DNA of 64,000 bases from a candidate division WOR-3 bacterium (GCA_965648915.1 CBFGIV010000001.1:130779-194778), one strand, 5' to 3'. Counted from the first letter of the stretch, positions 30,177 to 40,707 are shown. Made by a program: numbers and translations. The notes: generated by a model from the sequence alone, not told the origin.

Positions 30177-30851
30177 TCAGAACTGATCTTCATCAAAGAA
30201 GAGATTGACATACTGGATGCCTTTGGTCTGACGGAGATCCTTTACAAAATTCTGATTCTGCTCTCGATCTTTGAGTTTAACATAATAAGATAGTTCAAGG
30301 AGATTGCCTTCGCCGGTCGATTTGACATTAATCATTTTATAACGCTTACAGTATTTATCGAAGACCGATTGGTAGGAAGGAGACATATCACCCCCAGATT
30401 CTGTATAGAACTGAAGCAGATACTCTTCACGACCAGGTGCGGCGAAGCGCGATTTTGAAATGATATATAAGACCAGACCGATAAAGATTGTGCCAATAAA
30501 AGCAACCTTATACAGGCCGACACCGGCTGCCATACCGATAGCAAGGGCAAAGAAGACATAGACGATATCCTGGGTGTTTTTTATTGCGGTGCGAAAACGG
30601 ATGATCGACATAGCTCCAACCAGACCAAATGCCCGGGCAAGATTGTTACCCACCACCATAATCACCACCGAGGTGATCATCGAAAGCAAAATCAGGGAGT
30701 TAACATAGGTTGACGAATATCCTGGTCCGCGATAGGTTATACGATATAACCAGGAGATGAAGATACCACAGATCAATGCGACGACGATGTTGGCGATTAT
30801 TTGAGGGCCGGTCGTAGGGAAGAGATTGATATTTTGGAGACTATCAAACAT
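30177..30851 (-). CDS. DUF4956 family membrane protein (VTC-associated)
   Basis: GNNLARAFGLVGAMSIIRFRTAIK signature; about five TMs plus a soluble C-terminal domain. Confidence 0.9.
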   Translation of the reverse strand: MFDSLQNINLFPTTGPQIIANIVVALICGIFISWLYRITYRGPGYSSTYVNSLILLSMITSVVIMVVGNNLARAFGLVGAMSIIRFRTAIKNTQDIVYVFFALAIGMAAGVGLYKVAFIGTIFIGLVLYIISKSRFAAPGREEYLLQFYTESGGDMSPSYQSVFDKYCKRYKMINVKSTGEGNLLELSYYVKLKDREQNQNFVKDLRQTKGIQYVNLFFDEDQF

Positions 30852-30882
30852 ACTTCATACCTCCTTAAGAGAGATAAAAATT

Positions 30883-31668
30883 TTATTGATGTAATAATAA
30901 TCGCTCAGGCACATAAGCAAATTTATGAATAAAATTGTATGCCTCAGGATGCGAATCGAGGCAGATTGCATATTTGGAGACGGCAAGGCGTTGCAGATTA
31001 TGTTGCTGGATCAGTGATTGGATCCAGCAGGGCAGTCCGCGGTAGAATTTTACTTCGAGGATAGCGGTATGGGGTAGGGCATATTTGAAGTCCGATTCGG
31101 CATAAAGCATATCAAGTGTTGGAAAGAGACGACTGCGAAGGTTCTGATCGATGGTGAGGCGCAGAGATTTATCAAACTTGCTGTAGAATGCCTCACGTTC
31201 ATAGATGATGAGGATGACCGGTAAAAGGTGTCGATTGAGGTAATAGTAAAAAAAATGGCGGGCGGCGGTTTCATTTTTGTCTCCGGAGCACGATAGAATC
31301 TTCATAAGTTCAGGCGTTGAGGCAGTGAAAAGATTTAAGGTCTGTTTCCACTTAAAACAAGAACGGTCTTTTTCAATAAAGTCGTAAAGTTTGCGTTTGA
31401 TCTCAAAGAAGACCGTGTCGCATTCCTTAAGAGAATTGTAACTGCGGATGCGAAATTTTTTCTTTTCAAGAAATCCTTCGACCTTCTCTTCATAACAATC
31501 AAAAGTCCTTGTATCATAGTAAATACTGCGGACCGTATATCTTTTCTCTTTCCTTCTTTTTGTATAGGTGTCAAACTCGACATAGGGCATAATTGTCTGG
31601 CGAATTGAATCTATGGTGTCCAGTGGGACAAGAAACTTGTATTCCAGTTTATTAGACATCTTTTCCAT
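30883..31668 (-). CDS. VTC-domain (polyphosphate polymerase-like, CYTH fold) protein
   Basis: EYKF, Y.VRSIYYD, KFRIRSY, FEIKRK, YEREA, RLTIDQNL, ILEVKF and SKY motifs. Confidence 0.9.
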   Translation of the reverse strand: MEKMSNKLEYKFLVPLDTIDSIRQTIMPYVEFDTYTKRRKEKRYTVRSIYYDTRTFDCYEEKVEGFLEKKKFRIRSYNSLKECDTVFFEIKRKLYDFIEKDRSCFKWKQTLNLFTASTPELMKILSCSGDKNETAARHFFYYYLNRHLLPVILIIYEREAFYSKFDKSLRLTIDQNLRSRLFPTLDMLYAESDFKYALPHTAILEVKFYRGLPCWIQSLIQQHNLQRLAVSKYAICLDSHPEAYNFIHKFAYVPERLLLHQ

Positions 31669-31689
31669 AATTTGACCTTAATTGCTCAA

Positions 31690-32550
31690 TCAGGTAATCA
31701 TTCTTTCAAAAAACCTTCTGAGATATACACGGAGGATGACTGGTTGACAGTGGATCGAGCAGCGGATGAGCATACCGGATGGAATCGTGAAGGCCTGTTC
31801 GGTAATCAATGCCCGGCCGATAACGACTTCCCGGCCGGCAATATGAACCCGATTAGGACTTATAAAAAAGTTTGACCGATCGATTGTAATCCGACTTTGG
31901 CCCACCGACAGTTCTACGCTCTGAATCTCTTCGGGATCGGGCAGATATTCATCCGGGATCGGCATAAGCACAACGCGGGTTCGGACATCATGGAGGAGTA
32001 GAAGGGTTTCGGCCGGAGTAGCGAGCCGGACAATAACACTCGGGAATGGTGCAAGAATTGAAAATGATTGTTTCCGTTTTAACAATACTGCCAGTTCCTT
32101 TTCGAGGGCATCAATCTTTGCCTGGATTAGTTTAGTTTGACCACCGGGTGAACGCTCCTGGGCAAGGCGTAGTTCTTCCCGGGCCACTTCGAGTGAACCT
32201 TTAACCCTGGTTAAATCCCTTTCAAATTCACTGGAATAGATAGTGCCAATCGTATCACCTTCAGCAATTTCCTTCTTTTCGGCAAGCAACGGGTTGAGGA
32301 TAAAACGCATATCTTCACCCCGCTGGAGTTGAATTACCGAAAAACCTTCGGCTGTTCCTTTTTTGAAATTGAAGGATCGGGCCTGGATCTGTCCTCCTTC
32401 ACCGCGGGTGAGTGCCCAGATCCGGAGGGGCCGGACCTCACCGGTGGTGGTGATCTGATATGGCACTTTGAGCGGGATAATGACAATTAAAGCCAGTATC
32501 AGGATTAGGGAAATTTTTGCTATATTTATAAAGAGATGCTTTTTTTTCAT
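31690..32550 (-). CDS. Membrane-anchored HlyD/periplasmic-adaptor-like protein
   Basis: Single N-terminal TM, G.V.P start, I.EGD.IG.I lipoyl-like half, coiled coil, and I.APF.S.I second half. Confidence 0.5.
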   Translation of the reverse strand: MKKKHLFINIAKISLILILALIVIIPLKVPYQITTTGEVRPLRIWALTRGEGGQIQARSFNFKKGTAEGFSVIQLQRGEDMRFILNPLLAEKKEIAEGDTIGTIYSSEFERDLTRVKGSLEVAREELRLAQERSPGGQTKLIQAKIDALEKELAVLLKRKQSFSILAPFPSVIVRLATPAETLLLLHDVRTRVVLMPIPDEYLPDPEEIQSVELSVGQSRITIDRSNFFISPNRVHIAGREVVIGRALITEQAFTIPSGMLIRCSIHCQPVILRVYLRRFFERMIT

Positions 32551-32562
32551 CGCCCATCCTTA

Positions 32563-34200
32563 TTATTCTTCAATAAGTAATAATTTTCTCTTTAATGACT
32601 GTTTGGTAGTCGATCGGTCGTCAGGATAGATATCAAGTTCGGCAAAATAGACACCATTGGTAAGTCGCAGGGGATAAAAGTTGGTTTGATGAATACCTGG
32701 TCCTTTATGCTCATTGACTAAAGTCTGGATCATCTGCCCTACTGCATTATAAATTTTCAATGAAACATAACCGGGATTTGATAACTGATATTGAATTGTA
32801 GTTGAGTGCCGGAAGGGATTGGGTAAGATCTGGATTGATTCTCCAAATAAAATGCTTTTTTTTGAATATTCGTCCTCGATCCCGGTAACTGGATATTTGA
32901 TGGTAGCATAATCAAACTCTGTACCTGAACCCTTACTTTCGCCTGTGACATACAGATAACCAGATTGATCTACCGTGATTGCCAGGGGGTTGTCATCGTC
33001 GTTGGCTGGACCATTGTAGCGTTTCACCCATAGCGAGTCACCATTTGTGTTATATTTGATTGTAACATAGTCAGTGTGAAGGTTGGAGGCCGTGCTTTTC
33101 CCGGTTACATAGATATTATTGCCATCGGTGGCTATTGCCTGAGCTTCATCAAAATCATTGGCCGGTCCATTATACCTCCGCACCCATTGTTCGACTCCAG
33201 CAGAGTTGTATTTTATCGTGATAAAGTCCCAGTCGCTTCCAGTAACCGCACTCCCGCCGGTGACATAGATATTACCTGAACCATCAACGGTGATTGCATT
33301 TCCCCAATCAGCCAGATTGGCTGGTCCATTATAACGGCGGACCCATTCTTCAGTACCTGAAGGAGTATATTTGATTGTGGTGCAATCCCAGCTTGAACCA
33401 GAACCAACACTACCTCCCGTCACATAGACATTTCCATTCGCATCAATTGCCATAGCGCGGACTTCATCGTGGCTATCAGCCGGCCCATTATACCTTTTTA
33501 GCCACAAAGATTCACCAGCCGGACCATATTTTATCGTTACATAGTCCCAGGTCATAAAGTATGGATCTCCGCTATTACCGGTTACATAGACATTCCCGCT
33601 GGGGTCGATCCTGACTGCGACTGCATAATCCTCGTCGCTTGTTATATATCTACGAACCCATTGTTCCGCTCCTGCGGCATTATATTTGACGGTCACGAAA
33701 TTCCAGCCTGTGGTTGTGCCACTGGTGTAGCCGACAACATAGACATTACCGGCAGGGTCAACTCCAATGGCGTTGGGATAATCGTCAAAATTGTCCGTAC
33801 CGTTATAGCGCACACTCCATTGCTGATCACCGGCAGTATTATATTTAATGGTTACAAAATCGGTATAGAGATTAGGATCCATACTCCCACCGGTAACATA
33901 GAGGTAATTACCGTCAAAGGTAATTGCCTGGCCTTCATCATACATACTGGCCGGACCATTATAACGGCGAACCCATTGTTCCACGCCCGCTGCATTATAT
34001 TTTATTGTTGCATAGTCAGTATAGGTGTTTGAGCCAAAACTTGAACCGGTGACATAGACATTGCTACTCCCGTCAACAACAATCCCTTTTGCTCGATCTA
34101 CATCACTCCCGGGCCCATTATATCTCGTGACCCAAGTTTGACCGATAATGGTGACAGGCAAAATTATCAGGGTGATTAAAAGAGATATCTTTTTCATCAT
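32563..34200 (-). CDS. Secreted SBBP-type seven-bladed beta-propeller with C-terminal sorting domain
   Basis: Signal peptide; seven ~60-aa repeats (WVRRYNGP...I.VD..GNVYVTG...D..TIKY); PNPF CTD. Confidence 0.85.
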   Translation of the reverse strand: MMKKISLLITLIILPVTIIGQTWVTRYNGPGSDVDRAKGIVVDGSSNVYVTGSSFGSNTYTDYATIKYNAAGVEQWVRRYNGPASMYDEGQAITFDGNYLYVTGGSMDPNLYTDFVTIKYNTAGDQQWSVRYNGTDNFDDYPNAIGVDPAGNVYVVGYTSGTTTGWNFVTVKYNAAGAEQWVRRYITSDEDYAVAVRIDPSGNVYVTGNSGDPYFMTWDYVTIKYGPAGESLWLKRYNGPADSHDEVRAMAIDANGNVYVTGGSVGSGSSWDCTTIKYTPSGTEEWVRRYNGPANLADWGNAITVDGSGNIYVTGGSAVTGSDWDFITIKYNSAGVEQWVRRYNGPANDFDEAQAIATDGNNIYVTGKSTASNLHTDYVTIKYNTNGDSLWVKRYNGPANDDDNPLAITVDQSGYLYVTGESKGSGTEFDYATIKYPVTGIEDEYSKKSILFGESIQILPNPFRHSTTIQYQLSNPGYVSLKIYNAVGQMIQTLVNEHKGPGIHQTNFYPLRLTNGVYFAELDIYPDDRSTTKQSLKRKLLLIEE

Positions 34201-34212
34201 TACCTCCGAAGG

Positions 34213-35712
34213 TTATCTTAAAACAATAAAAGATTTACTCGTTGAATATTTAAAATTTTGATTCTGGATAGCAAGGGTTGCAAAATAGATACCGCCGGCA
34301 AGATCTTCTGTGTCAAAGGTCGTTTGGTAATTTCCCATCTCTTTAACCCCGGTGAATAGAGTTTTGATATTCCGTCCTGTGACATCACAGATTTTCAATA
34401 CAACCTTGCTCCGGGCCGAAAGAGAATATTTGATATTGGTCAGAGATCGGGCCGGGTTGGGCGTAATTGTCAAATTAATTTCTGACTGATTCTTAAGAAA
34501 GTTATCTTCGATTTCAGTAAGATTGAAATCGTACCGTTTAGCATTGGCAACCTGACCACCCGCACTGAAGTTCCAAACAATCTCACCCGATGGTGTTACT
34601 TCAAAGAGATTTCCCCTGGTTGCTTCACAGATAAAGGTATTGCCGTTGGACAGACGCCAGGCGCCGGCAAGGTGATTGGAAAAGAAAGCCGTCCCTCTTG
34701 AATACATCCAGCAGGGTAGTTTTGGTCCAAAGGCTGAGTCTGGATGCCGGTAATAGGTATAGCCGGTGCGGGGCGGGATGATCTCTTCAACACTCGATGA
34801 GTCACCGCTTGTGCCCGGCCGGTCGCCATTGTTAAACATCAGGATATGTCCCTCACCGGGCAGGCCTGGATCGATCCAGTTGACACCGTGGACAACAAAG
34901 AGGCGCTGATCGGCTGAGGTCCCCCGGTTATATGCCCTTGGATTGCCCCAGCGATAGAGGATATCACCACCCATACCACTCCTTCCGCCAGTGCGACCCC
35001 GGGCCTGTTCGGTCGTTGTGCTGTGGTCGATGATATAGATCTCACTCCAGTTATGAGAACTGAGAATGATCTGGTCGAGCTCCTCATTATAGTCGATGGC
35101 ATTACAGTGCAGCCAGTCTCCAGTTGGACCAAAGTTTATATTAAACCGCTCAGGATGATCCTGAACTACCCCATAATTCGGTTTGGCAGGGTCGACATCC
35201 TGGATCAGATGGTCCCAGACGTGCCATTCCCAGACGATGTTGTTGTTAGCAGGATTAACCTCAATGACCATATCCGGCCAGATTTCGCCCGTGATATTTA
35301 CCCGACCTAAAGACTCAGCCTGGGCCCTGGTCTTGCGTTCCCAGGCAATGAAGAGGACATTGCCGTTGGGTAGTGGTTCGATATCGTGGTGTTGCTGATA
35401 GTTTGGGCCGTAACAGGTATAATTCCAGAGTTGAGCACCGTTCCAGCTGAGTTTCTGGATGAGTCCACCCGCACCACCTCCAGGCATTGACGGATTGCTT
35501 ACCGCCCGGGCACTAATGATTGTGCTCTCCGGTAAGATTATGTAAGGCGTGCTTGCTGATGGCGGACGGCTGAATGTCCAGCTTTTGACCAGGACTTTAT
35601 TATAGTCGATCAGCCGAGCAGTATTGCTGCTGGTGAGGTTGTAGAGCGTATATGTTTCATAACCATACCCTGCATTTAAGATAAGAATAAATAGGGCAAG
35701 AAGGTTTCTCAT
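34213..35712 (-). CDS. Arylsulfate sulfotransferase-like protein, copy A, with CTD
   Basis: QHHD, IVWEWH.WDH, DWLHCNAIDYN, YRWGNP, FNNG, SSVEE and A.RL.NGNTFICE motifs; PNP CTD. Confidence 0.8.
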   Translation of the reverse strand: MRNLLALFILILNAGYGYETYTLYNLTSSNTARLIDYNKVLVKSWTFSRPPSASTPYIILPESTIISARAVSNPSMPGGGAGGLIQKLSWNGAQLWNYTCYGPNYQQHHDIEPLPNGNVLFIAWERKTRAQAESLGRVNITGEIWPDMVIEVNPANNNIVWEWHVWDHLIQDVDPAKPNYGVVQDHPERFNINFGPTGDWLHCNAIDYNEELDQIILSSHNWSEIYIIDHSTTTEQARGRTGGRSGMGGDILYRWGNPRAYNRGTSADQRLFVVHGVNWIDPGLPGEGHILMFNNGDRPGTSGDSSSVEEIIPPRTGYTYYRHPDSAFGPKLPCWMYSRGTAFFSNHLAGAWRLSNGNTFICEATRGNLFEVTPSGEIVWNFSAGGQVANAKRYDFNLTEIEDNFLKNQSEINLTITPNPARSLTNIKYSLSARSKVVLKICDVTGRNIKTLFTGVKEMGNYQTTFDTEDLAGGIYFATLAIQNQNFKYSTSKSFIVLR

Positions 35713-37232
35713 CTTCTTCCTCCTTGATATTTTAATTTTACAAACTTAATCGCTTTTTGCATATTGTTGGATGAAACTTTTAAAAAATAGACACCGGGCA
35801 GAAGGCGATCGCCGATTATAAAATAACGACGGCCAGTTTGGATCCAGCCCTTAAATACCGTCTCTACCAGCTGGCCGGTGGGATTGAAGATCTCGATCGA
35901 TAGAAATTGTGGATGGGGTATGAAGCAGGTTATTTGCGTTGAGGATGAAAAGGGGCAGGGCGAGATCTTGATTGTTGTTTGATTCTGTTTATTTTCCGTT
36001 TTCTGCTCGGCAACTCCAGTTGGACTTAGATCATACCTTTTCGCATTCTGGACCTGGCCCCCGGCATTAAAACTCCAGATAACCTGTCCGGATGGAGTTA
36101 CTTCAAACAAGCGGCCTTTGGTCCCTTCGCAGATAAAGGTGTTACCCGATGATAGACGGAATGCACCGGAAAGGTGGTTGGAGAAGAAAGAGGTCCCGGC
36201 CGAATACATCCAGCAGGGCAGTTTTGGTCCAAAGGCTGAGTCCGGATGCCGGTAATAGGTATAGCCGGTGCGGGGCGGGATGATCTCTTCAACACTCGAT
36301 GAGTCACCGTTTGTGTACGGTCGGTCACCATTGTTAAACATCAGGATATGTCCCTCACCGGGCAGGCCTGGATCGATCCAGTTGACACCGTGGACGACAA
36401 AGAGGCGTTGATCGGCTGAGGTTCCCCGCCTATAAGCCTGGGGATTTCCCCAGCGATAGAGAAAATCTCCACCCATATTGCTGTTGCCACCCCGATGGCC
36501 TCTTGTCTGTTCAGTCGTCGTGCTGTGGTCAATGATATAGATCTCGCTCGTATTGTGGCTGCTGAAGATGATCTGATCCAGTTCAGGATTATAGTCTAAG
36601 GTATTGGTATGCATCCAGTCCCCGTTATTCGGAGGAAGGATGCCAAAGTTGATATCCATAAGTTCAGGATGGTCACGGACAACACCGTAATTTGGTTTGG
36701 AGGGATCGACATCCTGAATCAGATGGTCCCAGATATGCCATTCCCAGACAATGCTATCATTTCGGGGATTTACCTCAACAATCATCTCGGGCCACATCTC
36801 GCCTGTGATATTTACCCGGCCTAAAGACTCAGCCTGGGCCCTGGTCTTGCGTTCCCAGGCGATAAGCAAGATATTCCCGTTGGGCATCGGGTGGACATCG
36901 TGATGCTGGATATAGTTCGGTCCGTAAAAATAGTAGTTCCACCTGATGTTTCCATTCCAGTCCACGATTTGAATATGTCCGCCGGCACCACCACCCGGTA
37001 ATGGTGGATTGGGAATGGTCTGGGCACGCAGGACGATACTGTCGGGCAGGATCAACCAGGGTGTGCTGGCTGAAGGGGTTCTGGTAAATGTCCAGGATTT
37101 TACAGGATTGCCGTTGAGATCGATAAGCCGGGTGGTTGTGCTGGAAAGAACATTGTAGAGCGTGTAATTTTCGGCTGACCAACCCGGATAAAAGATAATT
37201 GAAATGATAATGACCACAATGGCTTCTTTCAT
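35709..37232 (-). CDS. Arylsulfate sulfotransferase-like protein, copy B, with CTD
   Basis: Same motif set as copy A (DWMHTN); tandem paralogue. Confidence 0.8.
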   Translation of the reverse strand: MKEAIVVIIISIIFYPGWSAENYTLYNVLSSTTTRLIDLNGNPVKSWTFTRTPSASTPWLILPDSIVLRAQTIPNPPLPGGGAGGHIQIVDWNGNIRWNYYFYGPNYIQHHDVHPMPNGNILLIAWERKTRAQAESLGRVNITGEMWPEMIVEVNPRNDSIVWEWHIWDHLIQDVDPSKPNYGVVRDHPELMDINFGILPPNNGDWMHTNTLDYNPELDQIIFSSHNTSEIYIIDHSTTTEQTRGHRGGNSNMGGDFLYRWGNPQAYRRGTSADQRLFVVHGVNWIDPGLPGEGHILMFNNGDRPYTNGDSSSVEEIIPPRTGYTYYRHPDSAFGPKLPCWMYSAGTSFFSNHLSGAFRLSSGNTFICEGTKGRLFEVTPSGQVIWSFNAGGQVQNAKRYDLSPTGVAEQKTENKQNQTTIKISPCPFSSSTQITCFIPHPQFLSIEIFNPTGQLVETVFKGWIQTGRRYFIIGDRLLPGVYFLKVSSNNMQKAIKFVKLKYQGGRR

Positions 37233-38798
37233 TTATTTTTTCTTCAATTTGACAATTTTAATGATTTTCTGAAAAATCTCGTAATCTTTTCCAGAATGGG
37301 TTTGAAGCATAAGTCTCACAAAACAGATACCAACTGGAGATATTGAACCAGTGAGATTACTCTGCTCAGGGGTAAAATTAATTTCATAACTACCTGCTTC
37401 TTTCTCTTCATCGACCAGAATTTCAACAACCCGTCCGGCAAGATCATAGACAATTAATAAGACCCTGCCTTTAACCGGTAGGTTTAATCTTAGGGTTGTG
37501 GATTTTTTAAACGGATTAGGAGATGCCTCTAATAATAGAGATTTTCTTAAGTTAGAGGATGAATAATCTTTAACGGCTGCAGATCCAAAGTCGTATCTTT
37601 TTGCATTTGCTACCTGCCCGCCTGTGTTAAAATTCCAGATGACCTGGCCTGAAGGGGTTACCTCAAATAGATGGCCTTTCAGGCCTTCACAGATAAAGGT
37701 ATTACCATTGGAGAGCCGAAAAGCACCGGAGATACGGCCTGAATAGAAAGAGGCCCCATTCGAATAAACCCAGCAGGGCTGTTTGGGTCCAAAAGCCGAA
37801 TCAGGATGTATATAATAGGTATAGCCGGTGCGGGGTGGGATGATCTCTTCAACACTGGAAGAGTCACCGCTTGTGCCCGGTCGGTCACCGTTGTTAAACA
37901 TCAAGATATGTCCCTCACCGGGCAGACCCGGATCGATCCAGTTGACACCGTGGACGACAAAGAGGTGCTGGTCGGCTGAGGTTCCCCGGTCGTAGTTTTG
38001 AGGATTGCCCCAGCGATAGAGGATATCGCCACCCATATTGCTGTTGCCACCCCGATGGCCTCTTGCCTGTTCGGTCGTTGTGCTGTGGTCAATAATAAAT
38101 ATTTCACTCAGATTATGGGAACTGAAGATAATCTGGTCCAGTTCCTCATTGTAATCGATAAAATTGGCATGGATCCAATCTCCGCCATAAGGTCCGACCT
38201 GACCACAATTGATATCGAGCAACTCCGGGTGTTCACGAACCACACCATAATTTGGCTTAGAAGGATCGACATCCTGAATCAGATGGTCCCAGATATGCCA
38301 TTCCCAGACAATGCTATCGGTGCGCGGGTCAACCTCAACAATCATATCCGGCCACATCTCGCCGCTGATATTAATCCGGCCCAGCGATTCGGCCTGGGCC
38401 CTGGTCTTACGCTCGACCGCCTGGAGCAGAATATTACCATTAGGCATGGGCTGGATATCATGGTGCTGAATATGATTGTAATCAGAATAGATGAAATTCC
38501 AGAGGACAGTTCCGTTCCAGGCAATCTTCTGAATGTGCCCACCATAGGCGGCGGCTGGTAACTGGGGATTGGGTACAGATTGTGAGCGAATGATTATACT
38601 ATCGGGAAGGATCAGATAGGGCATATTCCAGGATATGGGACGGGTGCACGACCAGGACTTAACAAGATTGCCATTGAGATCGATCAATCGGACCGTAGTA
38701 CTGTTAACATTATTATAAATTGTGTAAGTTTCAAGGCCGATTGTTTGCGTTACTAATAGAAGAGTTAAAAGGATGAGATTTATTAGTGGTCTTTTCAT
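37233..38798 (-). CDS. Arylsulfate sulfotransferase-like protein, copy C, with CTD
   Basis: Same motif set (DWIHAN); tandem paralogue. Confidence 0.8.
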   Translation of the reverse strand: MKRPLINLILLTLLLVTQTIGLETYTIYNNVNSTTVRLIDLNGNLVKSWSCTRPISWNMPYLILPDSIIIRSQSVPNPQLPAAAYGGHIQKIAWNGTVLWNFIYSDYNHIQHHDIQPMPNGNILLQAVERKTRAQAESLGRINISGEMWPDMIVEVDPRTDSIVWEWHIWDHLIQDVDPSKPNYGVVREHPELLDINCGQVGPYGGDWIHANFIDYNEELDQIIFSSHNLSEIFIIDHSTTTEQARGHRGGNSNMGGDILYRWGNPQNYDRGTSADQHLFVVHGVNWIDPGLPGEGHILMFNNGDRPGTSGDSSSVEEIIPPRTGYTYYIHPDSAFGPKQPCWVYSNGASFYSGRISGAFRLSNGNTFICEGLKGHLFEVTPSGQVIWNFNTGGQVANAKRYDFGSAAVKDYSSSNLRKSLLLEASPNPFKKSTTLRLNLPVKGRVLLIVYDLAGRVVEILVDEEKEAGSYEINFTPEQSNLTGSISPVGICFVRLMLQTHSGKDYEIFQKIIKIVKLKKK

Positions 38799-38806
38799 CT
38801 CTCCTC

Positions 38807-40693
38807 CTATCTTAAGAAGATAAATTTTGTTGTCCCCACATATTCAATCTCTTCATCATTGACCGGGACAAGTTTAAGTTTGGCAAAGTATATCCCGCTG
38901 GTGAGCCTCTGCCCGTATTTCGAAAGTCCACTATGGGCTGAGAGCGAGACTGTATAAGTGCCGGCCTCTTTTTGATCATCGACCAGCGTTTTTACCTCCC
39001 GACCGGCTGAGTCGTAAATCTTTAGCAAGACTCGGCTCTTAAACGGTATATGATACCTGAATCTTGTTGAATGGCTGAAAGGATTGGGGATATTATTTTC
39101 GAGGGCGAGGAATTTTCCACCGGAAAGAGGGATGGTATAGAATTCATACTCAGCCCTTTCAGGAAGAAATCTCCCTGCAATCGAATTTTCGGCATAGATA
39201 TAATAGTCAATATCACCACTACCCACCTTGATGAAAGTCCCATAGATTCCATCTCCGGCCATACCATCATTATGATTACCATCATCATACATCCGGATTT
39301 TTTTAAAAGCATCTTCTTTACTCTGCCGATAACCCAGAAAAACCAGCTCCGCATTGTCGACTCTTACTGAAAACCATAATGTTGTATTGGGATAGACTCT
39401 GGTTGGAGTCCAGGAGGGACTGGAGAGAAAAGGCGGGATACCCTGGAGCGCTGGATGATTGAGGAGAAAGTTGACCCGGGCATCCATTAACTCAGTAATA
39501 CCGACAATCGCCTGAGCCCCGGTTCCAACTGTACTGGTAATGTTTTTAATGAAGTCGTTGTAAGTATAAAATTTATTGGGATCGGCCTGGACAAAAGAGT
39601 CGATAATCTGCTGGATTTCAATTGCCCTCGTCTTATACCAGTTGTTAGAAAAATTTTCAGCAATTATTGTCTTCATATGGCTGATATACATCCGCTGATA
39701 GGTCGGATTGGAGAGGATTTTATTTATAATCGGATAATAAGGGTTTGATAGATTTAACAGAGGATCGAGCCTCTGCATCTGGATTAAACTTAAGAAACGA
39801 CCCGGAGCAATCAGACGGTAGGCACCAAAATTTTCATTCAGGTCCCAGATGATGGGGTTAAACTGTCCCGAACTGCTTTTGTAGAGATAGTAATTCTGAC
39901 CTGTATTAACAGGTGAGTCGAGATTGACCATAAGGATGTCAAAAGCCAGCATCCAGAGGAGCCGGTCAACAGCCAGGACTGCTTCCACCGAAGAGTTGTT
40001 ATTGTTGAACGTATTTAAAAAATTGATAAGGTCGTGCCAGCCGGAATCGGATTCCAATTCGTAATAGTCAAGGTAATGAGTAGAATCTTCACCAAAATAA
40101 CCCCAGACTGTAGGCTGAGGGATATTTAAGTCAACCACGCCTTTGAAACGGGGATGTTCATCGCTATAAAAATGGGTTCTTGTGAAAAAGCGATCCACAT
40201 CCTGGGTGCTGGTGTAGAGACCGATCAACTGGCCATTGATATAGAGATTGGTAAAGTTTGCTCCTCCGGCCGCCATATATTTGCGCGCGATCTCATAACT
40301 TAAGACCTCCCGGACAAAACTTGGATCCTTATAGACATTTGATAGTTTTAACGTTCCAAAAGAGCCATCCAATAATTGATTATTAATGATATAATCTAAC
40401 CGGATGTTCAGTGGATTCTTGGTCCGGTTCGGATGATAGGAACTCTGACCTTTATATCTTACACCGACGCTGTCAAATCTTACCCCATTAATTAATGCAG
40501 TTCCTACGAGCCTTTCACCCTGCCCCCGGGCATAGAGACTGTCCAGGATCTCATCCCAGTTGGGTTCAGAGAAGAAGAGTTCAATTTTATTAACCCTATT
40601 TATATCATAAAAGTTTTGTGTCAATCCACTATGTACCACAGCCAGAACCAGCAGTCCCAGAATTCTTATTGAAGACCACTCAGGGGCCAGCAT
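38807..40693 (-). CDS. Secreted CotH-family kinase with acidic Ca-binding-like segment and CTD
   Basis: GVRYKGQSS, LKLSN, REVLSY, N.DS...NYYLY and WDLNENFG motifs; MYDDGNHNDGMAGDGIYG segment; PNPF CTD. Confidence 0.88.
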   Translation of the reverse strand: MLAPEWSSIRILGLLVLAVVHSGLTQNFYDINRVNKIELFFSEPNWDEILDSLYARGQGERLVGTALINGVRFDSVGVRYKGQSSYHPNRTKNPLNIRLDYIINNQLLDGSFGTLKLSNVYKDPSFVREVLSYEIARKYMAAGGANFTNLYINGQLIGLYTSTQDVDRFFTRTHFYSDEHPRFKGVVDLNIPQPTVWGYFGEDSTHYLDYYELESDSGWHDLINFLNTFNNNNSSVEAVLAVDRLLWMLAFDILMVNLDSPVNTGQNYYLYKSSSGQFNPIIWDLNENFGAYRLIAPGRFLSLIQMQRLDPLLNLSNPYYPIINKILSNPTYQRMYISHMKTIIAENFSNNWYKTRAIEIQQIIDSFVQADPNKFYTYNDFIKNITSTVGTGAQAIVGITELMDARVNFLLNHPALQGIPPFLSSPSWTPTRVYPNTTLWFSVRVDNAELVFLGYRQSKEDAFKKIRMYDDGNHNDGMAGDGIYGTFIKVGSGDIDYYIYAENSIAGRFLPERAEYEFYTIPLSGGKFLALENNIPNPFSHSTRFRYHIPFKSRVLLKIYDSAGREVKTLVDDQKEAGTYTVSLSAHSGLSKYGQRLTSGIYFAKLKLVPVNDEEIEYVGTTKFIFLR

Positions 40694-40707
40694 AATTTTG
40701 ACACAAT

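Noticed and set aside
32900..34140. Regularly spaced ~180-bp DNA repeats that could be mistaken for a CRISPR or other repeat array
   Set aside because: They are degenerate, in-frame SBBP propeller coding repeats, with no identical 25-45 bp repeats separated by unique spacers.
37998..38561. Long antisense or alternate-frame ORFs (e.g. 37998-38561, 44932-45450, 24668-25102, 57069-57413)
   Set aside because: Shadows of well-supported genes on the opposite strand, with no motifs or RBS.
34213..38798. Near-identical tracts as DGR template/variable repeats
   Set aside because: All copies lie in intact ORFs, the differences are not confined to adenines, and there is no reverse transcriptase in the window.
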